Positions 1-10,204 of a stretch of DNA of 64,000 bases are shown one piece after another (position 1 is the first letter of the stretch; each line of letters opens with the position of its first letter). Source of the stretch: Cyanophyceae cyanobacterium (lineage in GTDB: Bacteria > Cyanobacteriota > Cyanobacteriia > Cyanobacteriales > JBHJGN01); contig JBHJGN010000004.1 of the NCBI GenBank assembly GCA_050331735.1, forward strand, positions 128,001 through 192,000, read 5' to 3'. A program made the translations under genes and the position numbers. The notes under the pieces were generated by a model. The model had not been told where the DNA came from, ran no database searches, and saw only the letters and a program-made list of their open reading frames with translations.

Positions 1-276
1 GGCAGGATAAAGACTGAGAGCGCCAGGGAGCGAATGAGTCAGCGAAAAACACCCATCGACTGACTGCTCTAGCAGAACAGCATCGCCAACATTAAGACAA
101 ATACTGTGATGAGGGGAGTAATGTTTAGGGAGGCGATGCGGAGGCAGATGGTAAAGGGCCAGATGAATACTATCCCAGCCTGCGGAGTGGCTAGAAGCGA
201 CAGGCTTGCAAGGGAGAACCGAGAGTAGAGTATCTTCCTGGGTAAAATCGACAAATAAAGATTTTTCCTTCGACAT
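1..276 (-). CDS. AraC-family transcriptional regulator, N-terminal part (runs off the window edge)
   Basis: Not in the ORF track. ATG at 276 reads MSKEKSLFVDFTQEDTLLSVLPCKPVASSHSAGWDSIHLALYHLPPHRLPKHYSPHHSICLNVG...LSLYPA with no stop down to base 1; this resembles the N-terminus of cyanobacterial AraC regulators. Confidence 0.7.
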   Translation of the reverse strand, partial: MSKEKSLFVDFTQEDTLLSVLPCKPVASSHSAGWDSIHLALYHLPPHRLPKHYSPHHSICLNVGDAVLLEQSVDGCFSLTHSLPGALSLYPA

Positions 277-354
277 CCCTTAATCTCGTCAAATTGCGTA
301 CTATTGACTTTTTCTAGTTGTGTTTCTTACATCTATACCCTACCCAATAACGGG

Positions 355-1581
355 TCAACCTATCTGCATCACCTCTACTCGCTCTCCTGCTGCAATGCAC
401 GTTTGCCCGACAGGGACGACGGCTAGACTGTTAGTTTGAGCCAAATTAATTAGATTACCAGAGCTATGAGAGCCACCTGCTAGCTCAAAGTGGTAATTTC
501 CTTTGACTAATCGTAGCTGTCCCCATAGGTAAGTTTCTCGTTTTCCGCCGGAGCGTAGTTCAGAAAGCGATCGCGCTTCGACAAACTGCGGTTGCCATGC
601 CGTCAGCCCAGCCAGCTTTTTGAGCGCTGGTAGCACGAAGCGCCAGCAGCTCACTAGAGCCGAAACCGGATTGCCTGGTAGCCCAAAGTACAGGCAGCCA
701 TTCGGGAAAGCGGCTACAGTTAACGGTTTTCCCGGCTTAACCGCAACGCTACGGATATGAATCTCGCCGCCTAACTCCGCCAGTACTTGCTCAACGTAGT
801 CGTAATCACCGACAGAAACACCGCCAGTCGAGAGTACTATATCCGCGTCAGCAATAGCATTTTGGATTGCCTCTTGCAGTGCCGCTCTCTGGTCAGGAAT
901 AATCCCCAATCTTATCGGCAAGCCACCATGCTCAGCAACCAAGGTTCCCAACGCCACTTGATTAGAGTCAACAATTTGCCCTGGCTGTAACTTTTGTTCG
1001 GGGGAGACGAGTTCATCTCCGGTAGAAAGGATGGCCACGCGAGGACGGCGATAGACCGTAATTTCGGTTTGTTGAACACTAGCTAAGACGGCGATTTGTG
1101 AAGCGTGAAGAGGAACACCCGGCATCAATAGTGGTTCACCCGCTCGATAAAACTCTCCTTGATGTCTGACAAACTCCCCAGGCTGCGGAGCTGTTAACAC
1201 TTTGACCTTTTCTGCCTCTCGCTGAGTGTTTTCCTGAATAACGATAGTGTCTGCTCCTTCTGGAAGCATTGCTCCGGTAAAGATTCGCGCGGCTTGGCCA
1301 GTTTGCAGGAGCTGTTGGGGCACACAGCCTGCCGCAATTTCTTCAACAACTTTTAAAACCGCCGGAGCTTCAGCACTTGCTGCGTTGACGTCTGCATATC
1401 TCACGGCATACCCATCCATTGCTGAGTTATCCCAGTGAGGGATGTCAAGTTTGCCTGCCACTGGCATTGCAAGCACTCGACCGCTAGCATCGTCAATCGC
1501 GACAGTTTCAAAATCGCTCTGGCGACATAACGGATTCAATAAACCTAAAATAATCGATTCAGCCTGCTTAGCTGGAAGCAT
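355..1581 (-). CDS. moeA: Molybdopterin molybdotransferase MoeA (gephyrin-like)
   Basis: NSAMDGYA, RIFTGAMLPEGAD, STGDEL, STGGVSVGDYD, VKPGKP and GLPGNPVS motifs; start placed at MLPAKQ (1581). Confidence 0.95.
   Translation of the reverse strand: MLPAKQAESIILGLLNPLCRQSDFETVAIDDASGRVLAMPVAGKLDIPHWDNSAMDGYAVRYADVNAASAEAPAVLKVVEEIAAGCVPQQLLQTGQAARIFTGAMLPEGADTIVIQENTQREAEKVKVLTAPQPGEFVRHQGEFYRAGEPLLMPGVPLHASQIAVLASVQQTEITVYRRPRVAILSTGDELVSPEQKLQPGQIVDSNQVALGTLVAEHGGLPIRLGIIPDQRAALQEAIQNAIADADIVLSTGGVSVGDYDYVEQVLAELGGEIHIRSVAVKPGKPLTVAAFPNGCLYFGLPGNPVSALVSCWRFVLPALKKLAGLTAWQPQFVEARSLSELRSGGKRETYLWGQLRLVKGNYHFELAGGSHSSGNLINLAQTNSLAVVPVGQTCIAAGERVEVMQIG
567..574. repeat. HIP1 octamer GCGATCGC (one example; recurs throughout the window)
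   Basis: GCGATCGC is seen repeatedly, e.g. 567, 4394, 16543, 41946; a cyanobacterial hallmark. Confidence 0.9.
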
Positions 1582-1679
1582 GCTCGTTAACCAAGATTCA
1601 CTCATAAAAATCAACTCTAGCAGGCGCTAGAGTTGATCGAGATGCTTTTAGCAGCATTTTCTGCCCTTTGCTAATGGAA

Positions 1680-2462
1680 TTAACTTTTACACTTACGCCG
1701 TCTGTACGATACTCCTAAAGCACTAACTCCTGCTAAAGCGAGCAGAGACGTCGGCTCAGGAATTTCGGCGCTGGAAACTTCCTCAGCCATTGTAATTGGC
1801 CCAACTCTCATGTCGAGAGCGTCAGGCCCTTCAAAGGTAAATTGAACGGCGCCAACGTCCGTTAAATCGATTCCCTCAAACTGATCGAAGGCAAAAAATG
1901 CCTCTCTGGGAGTACCGTCATCAATAATTTCCTCATTGAAGTCAAGGGTTACGCTTGACATCTGGTCTCCAGAATAAATCGCTGCCGTAATGAAAAATGG
2001 ATTCCGATCGGCCTCAATAATGTTCAAGCCAAAGCCAGTTGCTCCATCCGCCGTGAGATCCAAGCCCTCTAAGCCCATTGTGTCTAGCTCTGAAGAGTTG
2101 TCTTGACCGTCGTAAGTTAGCTGTAGCTTGGACTTGATACCGGTGTCGTTGTTAAACCTCATGATTCCGTCAAAGACATCCGCTGCGGCTCCTGATTGGG
2201 GGGAAACATCCTCCCGAGATTCGATTTCCAAATACAGATCTCGATATCCTCCCAAAATAGTATCTGGAAAGTCTGCCGTTTCACTAAATGCCGTATCGTT
2301 ACCAGATTCAAAGGCATCAGCGCGAATAAACTGATTCGGGTTGGTCGGGTCGACAAATTCATCCATAAACGAGGCTGCACTAGCGCTGCCTGCGTAAAGC
2401 ACCACCGCCCCCGTCAGTAGCCTTAATAAGTTTTTATAACTCTTAATCATTACTGTTTGCAC
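1680..2462 (-). CDS. PEP-CTERM sorting-domain exported protein
   Basis: Signal-peptide-like N-terminus (ASAASF); C-terminal IPEPTSLLALAGVSALGVSYRRRK (PEP motif, TM helix, basic tail). Confidence 0.9.
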   Translation of the reverse strand: MQTVMIKSYKNLLRLLTGAVVLYAGSASAASFMDEFVDPTNPNQFIRADAFESGNDTAFSETADFPDTILGGYRDLYLEIESREDVSPQSGAAADVFDGIMRFNNDTGIKSKLQLTYDGQDNSSELDTMGLEGLDLTADGATGFGLNIIEADRNPFFITAAIYSGDQMSSVTLDFNEEIIDDGTPREAFFAFDQFEGIDLTDVGAVQFTFEGPDALDMRVGPITMAEEVSSAEIPEPTSLLALAGVSALGVSYRRRKCKS

Positions 2463-2641
2463 TTTTAAACCTAATTGCTCACTAACATTTTTAGCTCAGA
2501 ATTCGGGGAAATGAAACAACTTTACCGAATCTTTAAAAAAAGCACAATCCTTTGGTCCCTATTCCTTGCTTATGTCTGAACATTAGCAAGAACGTAGAAT
2601 GTTAGCAGTGATATTAATGACACTTTTTTCTTTTCTGGATC

Positions 2642-3181
2642 ATGGCTACCCAACGATCTCTTCCTGAGCGTCCTCCTCAAGTTCCCGCAGAAAAACGTGC
2701 CGGGGCGTTTTTGCTCGATTTTATCACAGTTTGGCTGCTCAGTTCGTTTGTAAGTGCTGGGCTAGTCCGCGGGCTAATCTTTATCGTTGCCTGGTTTGGA
2801 CTGCGGACAATCTTAGTCGAATCCAATCAAGGTCAAAGCTTAGGACGATGGGCGTTCAACATGAAAGTCGTTGACGTTCGCTTTAATAAAGTTCCTGGGT
2901 TATTGCCGTTGGCTAAGCGTGAGGGAGTTGTTGGTTTGGCGGCTCTTTTAGCGATGACTGGTTTAAATATTGCTTTTATCAATCCTTTGTCGATGCTGAT
3001 TTTAGTTTTGCCTCTCCTTGCCGATTGCGGTATCGCTTTCACCGATGAACTTAATCAGGCTTTTCATGACCGTCTGGCTGATACTATGGTTATTCCGGCT
3101 CGTCGGGGTTTTTTCCTTGACTTTAAACTGAAGCAATTGTGGAATCAATTAAAATATTCCTTAAGTAAACGGACCAAATAA
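2642..3181 (+). CDS. RDD family membrane protein
   Basis: RAGAFLLD, GQSLGRW and QAFHDRLADT motifs. Confidence 0.85.
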   Translation: MATQRSLPERPPQVPAEKRAGAFLLDFITVWLLSSFVSAGLVRGLIFIVAWFGLRTILVESNQGQSLGRWAFNMKVVDVRFNKVPGLLPLAKREGVVGLAALLAMTGLNIAFINPLSMLILVLPLLADCGIAFTDELNQAFHDRLADTMVIPARRGFFLDFKLKQLWNQLKYSLSKRTK

Positions 3182-3325
3182 CCAAATAAACGTCTCCTCA
3201 AGGTCAGCAGTCGCTTACTTTTCGGTCAGAGTCACAGTGATTGCCTCTTGCAAAGTCAGGGAAAATATGAGAAGATAAACGATTGTGTCAACGCAAGCAA
3301 AACGAAGTAAAAACGGACAACCGTT

Positions 3326-3520
3326 ATGGCAAGTAAGAAAGGGGTCAGAATTATTATTAACCTAGAGTGTACTGAGTGCCGCAGCAATCTTAACAAGAGA
3401 TCTCCAGGAGTTAATCGCTATACGACAACGAAGAATCGGCGGAATACCACCGGGAGATTAGAACTGAAAAAGTTTTGCACTCACTGCAATCAGCACACCG
3501 TTCACAAAGAAATTAAGTAG
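3326..3520 (+). CDS. rpmG: 50S ribosomal protein L33 (zinc-ribbon, Cys-containing form)
   Basis: LECTEC...[29 protein letters not shown]. Confidence 0.97.
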   Translation: MASKKGVRIIINLECTECRSNLNKRSPGVNRYTTTKNRRNTTGRLELKKFCTHCNQHTVHKEIK

Positions 3521-3567
3521 CGTTGTGCTCTAGGTCAGCACCAATTTATGAGGAAACAAGCCAAGAT

Positions 3568-3783
3568 ATGCCTTACTACCGCAAGCGCCTTTCCCCAATC
3601 AAACCAGGCGATCCCATCGATTATAAAGACGTAGAGCTGTTGCGTAAGTTTATTACCGAACGAGGAAAACTTTTACCTCGGCGCATTACCGGGTTAACGG
3701 CTCAGCAGCAGCGAGATTTAACGCTTGCAGTCAAGCGCGCTCGGATTCTAGCAATGCTGCCGTTTGTCAACCAGGAAGGATAA
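3568..3783 (+). CDS. rpsR: 30S ribosomal protein S18
   Basis: [26 protein letters not shown]; start placed at MPYYRK (3568). Confidence 0.97.
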   Translation: MPYYRKRLSPIKPGDPIDYKDVELLRKFITERGKLLPRRITGLTAQQQRDLTLAVKRARILAMLPFVNQEG

Positions 3784-3873
3784 GCTCAAGAGGAACCTTG
3801 CTGGCTGTTGATGCTCACTCGGCAGGCAAACTGAGGTAGAACGGTATAGGGATCTGTTTAAAGCGCAACGCTG

Positions 3874-5880
3874 GTGGAAAAAGGAACACTAATAGAATTT
3901 AGACAACACGGGGAACGACGTCTGGCAGTGACAGAGCGTCCAGAGGGCAAAAAAGATTGGCTCGTTATTGACGAGCAGGGGCAAACATACAAGCTAAGAC
4001 CTCAACGAGTTGAATTTGAAATTGGTGGTTCCTACAGGCCAGCAGACATTCCTAGCTTTATTGAAAAAGTCCGGTCCTACTTAGATTCTTCCAGTTTGGA
4101 GGTAGCGTGGGAGCTATTAGTCGAAGATGGCAGTGCCGTATCCGTTGCTGATATGGCTCAGCTTTTGTACTCGGAGCAAAATCCGATTCTCTGCTACGCT
4201 GCTCATTCTCTTCTATGTGAGGACAAAGTTTACTTTAAGAAAAAGGGAGACCTGTATGAACCTCGCTCTGCTAGCCAAGTCGAGGAAATCAGCCATCAGC
4301 TTGAAGTAGAGGCTCAGCGAGTCCAAGAGAAAGCCGCATTTTCAGCTCGTCTACAGCAAGCGTTAGCTGGAGAAGCGGTGGAGTGGACATCGAGCGATCG
4401 CTCTCGATTAGAAGCGGTGGAGAAGTTTGTTCTCAACCCCGAGCAGGGAACCAAAGCGCGAGACGTTTTAGCCACAGCCGAGCGCTCACCAACGGCTCAA
4501 GAGGCTTTTGAACTTCTAATCGAGATAGGATGGTGGAGCAAACACGAAAACCTTTTCCTGCGACGCAGTTCCTATCCGATTAACTTTCCTCAAAAGGTAC
4601 TTGAAGTGGCGCAGCAACGTCTTCAATCTTCTCGCGATCCCGACTGCGATCGCCTCGATCTGACTCATCTTAAGGTTTACACCGTTGATGACGAAAGTAC
4701 GGCAGAAATAGATGACGGTTTGAGCATTGAAGTTGGGGAAGCAAGCAGCTGCCTCTGGATTCATATTGCCGATCCAAGTCGCCTCGTTTCCCCAGGAGAC
4801 GAGCTAGATCTAGAGGCGCGCCGCCGCAGTACCAGTCTGTACTTGCCGACCGGAATGATTTCTATGTTTCCTTCAGAACTGGCTACCGGACCGATGAGTC
4901 TAGTCCAGGGCCAAATCTGTCCCGCTCTCAGTTTTGGAGTCGTTCTCGATGAAGCCGGAGCTGTCCAAAGCTACAGAATTCACGCGACTCTCATCAAGCC
5001 GACTTATCGATTGACCTACGACGACGTAGACGAAATGCTCCAGCTGGGAATTCAGGCAGAGCCAGAAATTTCTCGGCTAGCAACTGAAGCCGAAAAACGG
5101 CGAGCATGGCGACACTCGCAAGGCTCGGTCAGTATTCACATGCCAGAATCTTCGATTAAAGTAGAAGCCAACGATCAGGTGGTGATTAACCTGCTCAACG
5201 ATTCCCAAGCACGCCAGCTCGTTGCCGAAATGATGATTTTGGCCGGGGAAGTTGCTGGCCGTTACTGCCAAGAGCATAATGTGCCTGTTCCATTTCGCGG
5301 GCAGCCCCAGCCCGATTTGCCCTCCGAGCAACAACTCGTTCAGCTACCGGCAGGTCCGGTGCGTTTCTGTGCGCTGCGACGCTGTATGCCGCGCAGCGAA
5401 ATGAGTATTACCCCAAGTCGTCATGCTGGTCTCGGCTTGGAAACCTACTCTCAGGCCACCTCGCCGATTCGCCGCTACACCGATCTGCTCACTCATTTTC
5501 AGCTTAAGGCTCATTTACGAGGCGATGCTCTGCCTTTCTCCCGGGAGGAAATGCAGGAAATTCTTTACAGCGTTGTGGCTTCAGCCTACGAAGCGACTCT
5601 AGTAGAGCGGCAAACCAATCGATATTGGGCGCTGGAATATTTGCGACAGCACCCCAAGCAAGTTTGGCAGGTATTGGTTCTGCGCTGGTTGCGCGAAGAC
5701 GAGCGTCTGGCCTTGATTTTAATTGAAGATTTAGGATTAGAATTACCCCATCGCTTTGAACGAGCAGTATCTCTTGGCGATCGCTTACAGGTTCAGGTGG
5801 GCTACGTCGATCCGCGCCGTGACGAAATTCGCTTTCAGGAACTCACCGATCAAGAAATGCCCTCGTCTGCCATTGGCTAG
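3874..5880 (+). CDS. RNB-domain exoribonuclease (RNase II/R family)
   Basis: TVDDESTAEIDDGLS, IHIADP, TSLYLP and TSPIRRYTDL motifs. Confidence 0.92.
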   Translation: MEKGTLIEFRQHGERRLAVTERPEGKKDWLVIDEQGQTYKLRPQRVEFEIGGSYRPADIPSFIEKVRSYLDSSSLEVAWELLVEDGSAVSVADMAQLLYSEQNPILCYAAHSLLCEDKVYFKKKGDLYEPRSASQVEEISHQLEVEAQRVQEKAAFSARLQQALAGEAVEWTSSDRSRLEAVEKFVLNPEQGTKARDVLATAERSPTAQEAFELLIEIGWWSKHENLFLRRSSYPINFPQKVLEVAQQRLQSSRDPDCDRLDLTHLKVYTVDDESTAEIDDGLSIEVGEASSCLWIHIADPSRLVSPGDELDLEARRRSTSLYLPTGMISMFPSELATGPMSLVQGQICPALSFGVVLDEAGAVQSYRIHATLIKPTYRLTYDDVDEMLQLGIQAEPEISRLATEAEKRRAWRHSQGSVSIHMPESSIKVEANDQVVINLLNDSQARQLVAEMMILAGEVAGRYCQEHNVPVPFRGQPQPDLPSEQQLVQLPAGPVRFCALRRCMPRSEMSITPSRHAGLGLETYSQATSPIRRYTDLLTHFQLKAHLRGDALPFSREEMQEILYSVVASAYEATLVERQTNRYWALEYLRQHPKQVWQVLVLRWLREDERLALILIEDLGLELPHRFERAVSLGDRLQVQVGYVDPRRDEIRFQELTDQEMPSSAIG

Positions 5881-5910
5881 TTTAATTCTGTAGTAGCTGC
5901 GGAGGAAAGC

Positions 5911-6261
5911 ATGAACAGAGTCGCTCAATTTATCCCTCGCCAAATTGTTTGCTTAGAGTCAACACAGGCATGCCTATACAGCGAGGTGATTCAGGTTGTT
6001 GCTTCACGCCATCTCTGCTGGGTACGCCCACTTCTCCTCGCCATGACTGCCAGTACGCCGCCGGACACTATTGACTTGCGCTGTACCTCAGATCTACTTT
6101 GGCCTCTGGAACGGTTTCGTGCTGCTCTAGATACAGAAGTAATTTCTTTGCTAATGTCCGTGAAGCAGTCTCCGAGACAGGATAAGCAGCTACAGGCTCA
6201 GAATCAGCTCAACGAATTTGTCAAGCAGCTTTGGTTAGCCAATTCATCTCCCACTACTTAA
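5911..6261 (+). CDS. Hypothetical protein
   Basis: 116-aa ORF with ATG and a GGAGG RBS directly after the RNase gene. Confidence 0.7.
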   Translation: MNRVAQFIPRQIVCLESTQACLYSEVIQVVASRHLCWVRPLLLAMTASTPPDTIDLRCTSDLLWPLERFRAALDTEVISLLMSVKQSPRQDKQLQAQNQLNEFVKQLWLANSSPTT

Positions 6262-6452
6262 GGACTAGGGACAAGCTGAACTCTACCAGCATCCATTTCT
6301 GCCATCAGCAGCTCGAGTGCTTCATAATCTACGTCGGAAATATAGCCCATTTGGGTTAGTTCAGTATTAATAGCGTTTTCTATCTCAGGTGTTAGTCGAC
6401 GAATATAGAGAGCTTTCTCGACAAGTTGGCGTATGGCGTAAGTCATTTTCAT
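6258..6452 (-). CDS. Small hypothetical protein
   Basis: Helical 64-aa ORF (IRQLVEKALYIRRLTPEIENAIN...DYEALELLM) resembling a small cyanobacterial family. Confidence 0.7.
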   Translation of the reverse strand: MKMTYAIRQLVEKALYIRRLTPEIENAINTELTQMGYISDVDYEALELLMAEMDAGRVQLVPSP

Positions 6453-6902
6453 GGCGGCCTAGATATTACCCTAGCATAAAAATTTTGTTAGCTAAATTGA
6501 CGGCATCTATGTACAGTATCCCCTCAACGAAAGTTTTTTTAGAGAGGACTATTCCAGTTTTAAATCTGTCCCTGATTTGTTCACCCAGCTTTGGTAACGC
6601 ACCTTACTGACTCTCTCAGAATCTCAGATAGACTATTAGTCAACATCTTCCCCTGGTTAGGGACTTTCATGGGCTCTATTTTTTTAATTCGCTGTTTCTG
6701 ACTGCTGGGATGAGCCAGGATTTGCACTCGGTAGATTGGCTAGAAGAAAACACAAGCGAATTTTTTGACGAGGATTTTTCTAGCTGGAATACCCAAAGAG
6801 TAAGATTCCTCTACAGGAATAGTCAATCCGTGAATCCACGGTTTGTGACTGCGAACCAAGTAGACAAGACAAATGTTATTCGGTGTATTCTTGGAGAAAA
6901 AA

Positions 6903-7247
6903 ATGAACGGTAACTTGAGCAACAATATTGCTGTTTTCGCACCAAGCGGCTATATTACTGCGGCCAATGCTAATGAGTTTGAACAAGAATTGAGGACTGT
7001 TGCAAGTCAAGCAGGCTTAGTGCTCTTGGTAGACATGAGCCAGGTAGAATTTCTAGACAGCTCAGGTTTAGTCAAGCTTGTCTCGGTTTTTCGTCAGCGA
7101 CAAAGCCGAGGACAACGCCTTAGCCTTTGCTCTATTACGCCCTCGGTACGGATTGTTTTTGAGTTAACGGGACTAGACAAAGTTTTTGAAATTTTCAACA
7201 ATCGCTGTGATTTTGACCGCACCATCGCTCAGCCAGTAGCGGCATAA
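6903..7247 (+). CDS. STAS-domain anti-sigma factor antagonist
   Basis: LLVDMSQVEFLDSSGL phosphoacceptor motif and VRIVFELTGLDKVF; start placed at ATG 6903. Confidence 0.9.
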   Translation: MNGNLSNNIAVFAPSGYITAANANEFEQELRTVASQAGLVLLVDMSQVEFLDSSGLVKLVSVFRQRQSRGQRLSLCSITPSVRIVFELTGLDKVFEIFNNRCDFDRTIAQPVAA

Positions 7248-7320
7248 AACAGTTAACAACCAGCGGTCTCTCAAGTAGAATCTGCAATTGGCTATAGTGA
7301 TAAAAGCGCACTACAGCTAA

Positions 7321-9975
7321 TTGCGGGAGGACTGCCGCGTGGGAGTTATTGAACAGCTACTAACCCCAGAAATTCACAAGCCTGCTCGTTACCTGGGGAA
7401 CGAGCGAGGAGCCATTCACAAAGAGTGGGCAAGCGCTCGGGTGCGGTGGGTGCTAACCTATCCAGAAGTCTATGAGGTAGGGGCATCTAATCTAGGGCAT
7501 ATTATTCTCTACAATATTCTCAATGCTCAACCCAGGCAGCTTTGCGATCGCACTTATTTACCAGCCCCAGATTTAACCGCTAAGCTCCGCTCGTCGCAAA
7601 CGCCCCTGTTTGCTTTAGAATCTCGCCGTCCTCTCACAGACTTTGACATTCTCGGCTTTAGCCTGAGCTATGAACTGGGAGCAACCAACATCCTAGAGAT
7701 GCTGGACCTCGCCGGGATTCCCTTAACGTGGGCAGAGCGCTCTGAATCTCACCCGCTGATTTTCGCTGGCGGACAGACAGCGACTTCTAACCCCGAACCC
7801 TTTGCTGATTTCTTCGATTTTATTGCCCTCGGAGACGGCGAGGAACTGCTGCCGGAAATCGGTTTAGTTCTAGAGGAAGGCCGGAGTGCCGGATCCTCTA
7901 AAGAACAGATTTTGCTCGATCTTGCTCAGGTTCCTGGGGTGTATGTGCCCAGATTTTACGAGGCCGCTGAGAATGGTGCGGTTATTCCTAACCGCCGAGA
8001 CGTACCCAAGCGCATTCTCCGACGGGTCGCTACCCCAATGCCAGCCTATTCGGTCGGGCCGGTTCCCTACATGCAAACCGTCCACGATCGCCTGACAGTG
8101 GAAATTCGCCGAGGCTGTACGCGCGGCTGTCGCTTTTGCCAGCCAGGAATGCTCACCCGTCCTGCCAGAGATGTAGACCCAACCGAAGTGGTGGAGGCGA
8201 TCGAACAGGGCATGAGAACCACTGGCTACAACGAATTTTCTCTACTCTCTCTGAGCTGTTCTGACTATCTAGCGCTTCCGGCAGTGGGGATGGAGATTAA
8301 AAATCGGCTCAAGGACGAAAACGTTTCTTTGTCTTTACCCAGTCAACGAGTTGATCGCTTCGACGAAAACATCGCCAACATCATTGGCGGTACCCGTAAG
8401 TCTGGACTGACGTTTGCCCCAGAAGCTGGTACTCAGCGATTGCGCGACATCATTAATAAAGGCCTCACCAATGAAGAACTCTTGCGGGGCGTAAAAACAG
8501 CGGTCGAGCAGGGGTGGAGTAAAGTCAAGCTGTATTTTATGATCGGATTACCCGGAGAAACCGATGTCGATGTGATCGGCATTGCCGATACCGTACGGTG
8601 GCTGCGCCGAGAGTGCCGTCCGCGCGGCAAGAAAAGACTTGATATTAATATCACGATCTCTAACTTTACCCCCAAACCCCATACTCCCTTTCAGTGGCAT
8701 TCCGTTTCTACAGGGGAATTCCAGCGTCGGCAGGAACTTCTGCGGCGCGAATTTAACTCGATGCGAGGCGTAAAAGTTAACTATACTGACGTGCGCATCT
8801 CCGCGATGGAAGATTTTGTCGGACGAGGAGATCGCACTCTGGCGGCGGTTGTGCGGCGAGCTTGGGAGCTGGGAGCGGGCATGGACTCGTGGTGGGAAAA
8901 CTTAGACCGAGCGTTTGCGGCCTGGGAGCAGGCGATCGCCGAGGCCAATTTAACCTGGAAGTACCGTCAGGTTGAATCTGGGGAATGGAACGTGATGGAG
9001 GTGGAAAATCAGCAGACGAACGTCCACCATCGCCGTCCTCAATATACTGGGGACGAACGATTGAATGCTCCTCTCCCGTGGGACCATATCAACACCGGGA
9101 TTGACAAAAACTGGCTTAAGGCTGATCTGCAAAAGGCGTTAGCCGCCGCCACCGTTCCTGATTGTGCCTTTGAAGGCTGTTCGCAATGCGGGATCTGCGG
9201 AAGCGACTTCGGACATAATGTGGCGATCGAGCCGCCGCCGATTCCGGAGTTTGTCGGGCATTTCGTGCCTAATTCTCGGCGAGTTCAGCGCTGCCGCGTT
9301 TGGTTCGGCAAGCAGGGAGACATGGCGTTAGTCAGTCATCTCGATCTCGTGCGCCTTTTCGATCGAGCCGTTCGGCGTGCCGCCCTCCCCATCTCTTATA
9401 CCGGCGGCTATCATCCTGGGCCCAGAATTTCGATTGCCAATGCCCTCTCGTTAGGAATCTCCAGCAGTGGAGAGATTGCTGATTTTGAACTGACTCGCCC
9501 GCTGGATGTGGCTGAGTTTCAGCAGCAGCTAGCGGCAAGCCTGCCTACCGATATCCCAATCTACCGCGTTGAAGAAGTTGATTTAAAAGCGGCAGCCGCC
9601 ACGCGACTCTTAGCTCAGGCAGAGTATCTGATAGAGGTTGAGGCTGTGGAGGCCTCCGTTCCAGAGTGGGAACGCTGGGCTGAAGCTGTCAAAGCTCGTC
9701 GGGAGTTTGTGTGGGAAAAAACCACCAAATCGGGTAAAACAGTAGCGGTCAATTTGCGCGATCGCCTGTTTGAACTAAGCGTCGCTTCGCCTTGCGGCAG
9801 CACTCCTGAAGCTGTTGTGCTTCGCTATGTTGGTAGCTGCCGTAATGACGGAACTCTCCTTACCACTGATCAGGTCGTTTACATGCTAGAACAAGTGGCA
9901 CAGCAGGAACTAACCCTGCTGAAAGCTCACCGCCAGCGTCTCATTCTCGATCAGCCAATCTCTCCTAATCTTTGA
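7321..9975 (+). CDS. B12-binding radical SAM protein fused to a C-terminal radical-SAM-linked (DUF2344-like) domain
   Basis: RGCTRGCRFC CxxxCxxC motif, KPARYLG N-terminus, and C-terminal SHLDLVRLFDRAVRRA..GG.HP.PR domain. The start may be GTG at 7339. Confidence 0.88.
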   Translation: MREDCRVGVIEQLLTPEIHKPARYLGNERGAIHKEWASARVRWVLTYPEVYEVGASNLGHIILYNILNAQPRQLCDRTYLPAPDLTAKLRSSQTPLFALESRRPLTDFDILGFSLSYELGATNILEMLDLAGIPLTWAERSESHPLIFAGGQTATSNPEPFADFFDFIALGDGEELLPEIGLVLEEGRSAGSSKEQILLDLAQVPGVYVPRFYEAAENGAVIPNRRDVPKRILRRVATPMPAYSVGPVPYMQTVHDRLTVEIRRGCTRGCRFCQPGMLTRPARDVDPTEVVEAIEQGMRTTGYNEFSLLSLSCSDYLALPAVGMEIKNRLKDENVSLSLPSQRVDRFDENIANIIGGTRKSGLTFAPEAGTQRLRDIINKGLTNEELLRGVKTAVEQGWSKVKLYFMIGLPGETDVDVIGIADTVRWLRRECRPRGKKRLDINITISNFTPKPHTPFQWHSVSTGEFQRRQELLRREFNSMRGVKVNYTDVRISAMEDFVGRGDRTLAAVVRRAWELGAGMDSWWENLDRAFAAWEQAIAEANLTWKYRQVESGEWNVMEVENQQTNVHHRRPQYTGDERLNAPLPWDHINTGIDKNWLKADLQKALAAATVPDCAFEGCSQCGICGSDFGHNVAIEPPPIPEFVGHFVPNSRRVQRCRVWFGKQGDMALVSHLDLVRLFDRAVRRAALPISYTGGYHPGPRISIANALSLGISSSGEIADFELTRPLDVAEFQQQLAASLPTDIPIYRVEEVDLKAAAATRLLAQAEYLIEVEAVEASVPEWERWAEAVKARREFVWEKTTKSGKTVAVNLRDRLFELSVASPCGSTPEAVVLRYVGSCRNDGTLLTTDQVVYMLEQVAQQELTLLKAHRQRLILDQPISPNL

Positions 9976-10129
9976 AGCACCAGCTCAAGAGGATAAGCCC
10001 CAAAATTAGGAGTCCCCAGCGACCAAACACTCCAAGGTAGCTAACAATGTTCAAAGGGTAAAAGACAAAAGCATCGGCAAAGAACCAGTTGCTGAGCAAC
10101 AGCACGATAACCAGCACAACTAACAGCAT
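9965..10129 (-). CDS. Small two-helix membrane protein (54 aa; not in the ORF track)
   Basis: ATG at 10129 reads MLLVVLVIVLLLSNWFFADAFVFYPLNIVSYLGVFGRWGLLILGLILLSWCFKD*; fills an otherwise empty gap. Confidence 0.65.
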   Translation of the reverse strand: MLLVVLVIVLLLSNWFFADAFVFYPLNIVSYLGVFGRWGLLILGLILLSWCFKD

Positions 10130-10204
10130 TGGAAAACGAGTGCCCCCTTTTCAACAGGAGAAAATTTGCAGTATACTAATAAGTCGCGAGTTTTTTAAAG
10201 AACC

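Noticed and set aside
69..254. 61-aa ORF from the track
   Set aside because: Wrong frame; the overlapping frame starting at 276 gives an AraC-like protein.
6710..6913. 67-aa ORF upstream of the STAS gene
   Set aside because: No recognisable motif and overlaps the STAS start; probably promoter or leader DNA.
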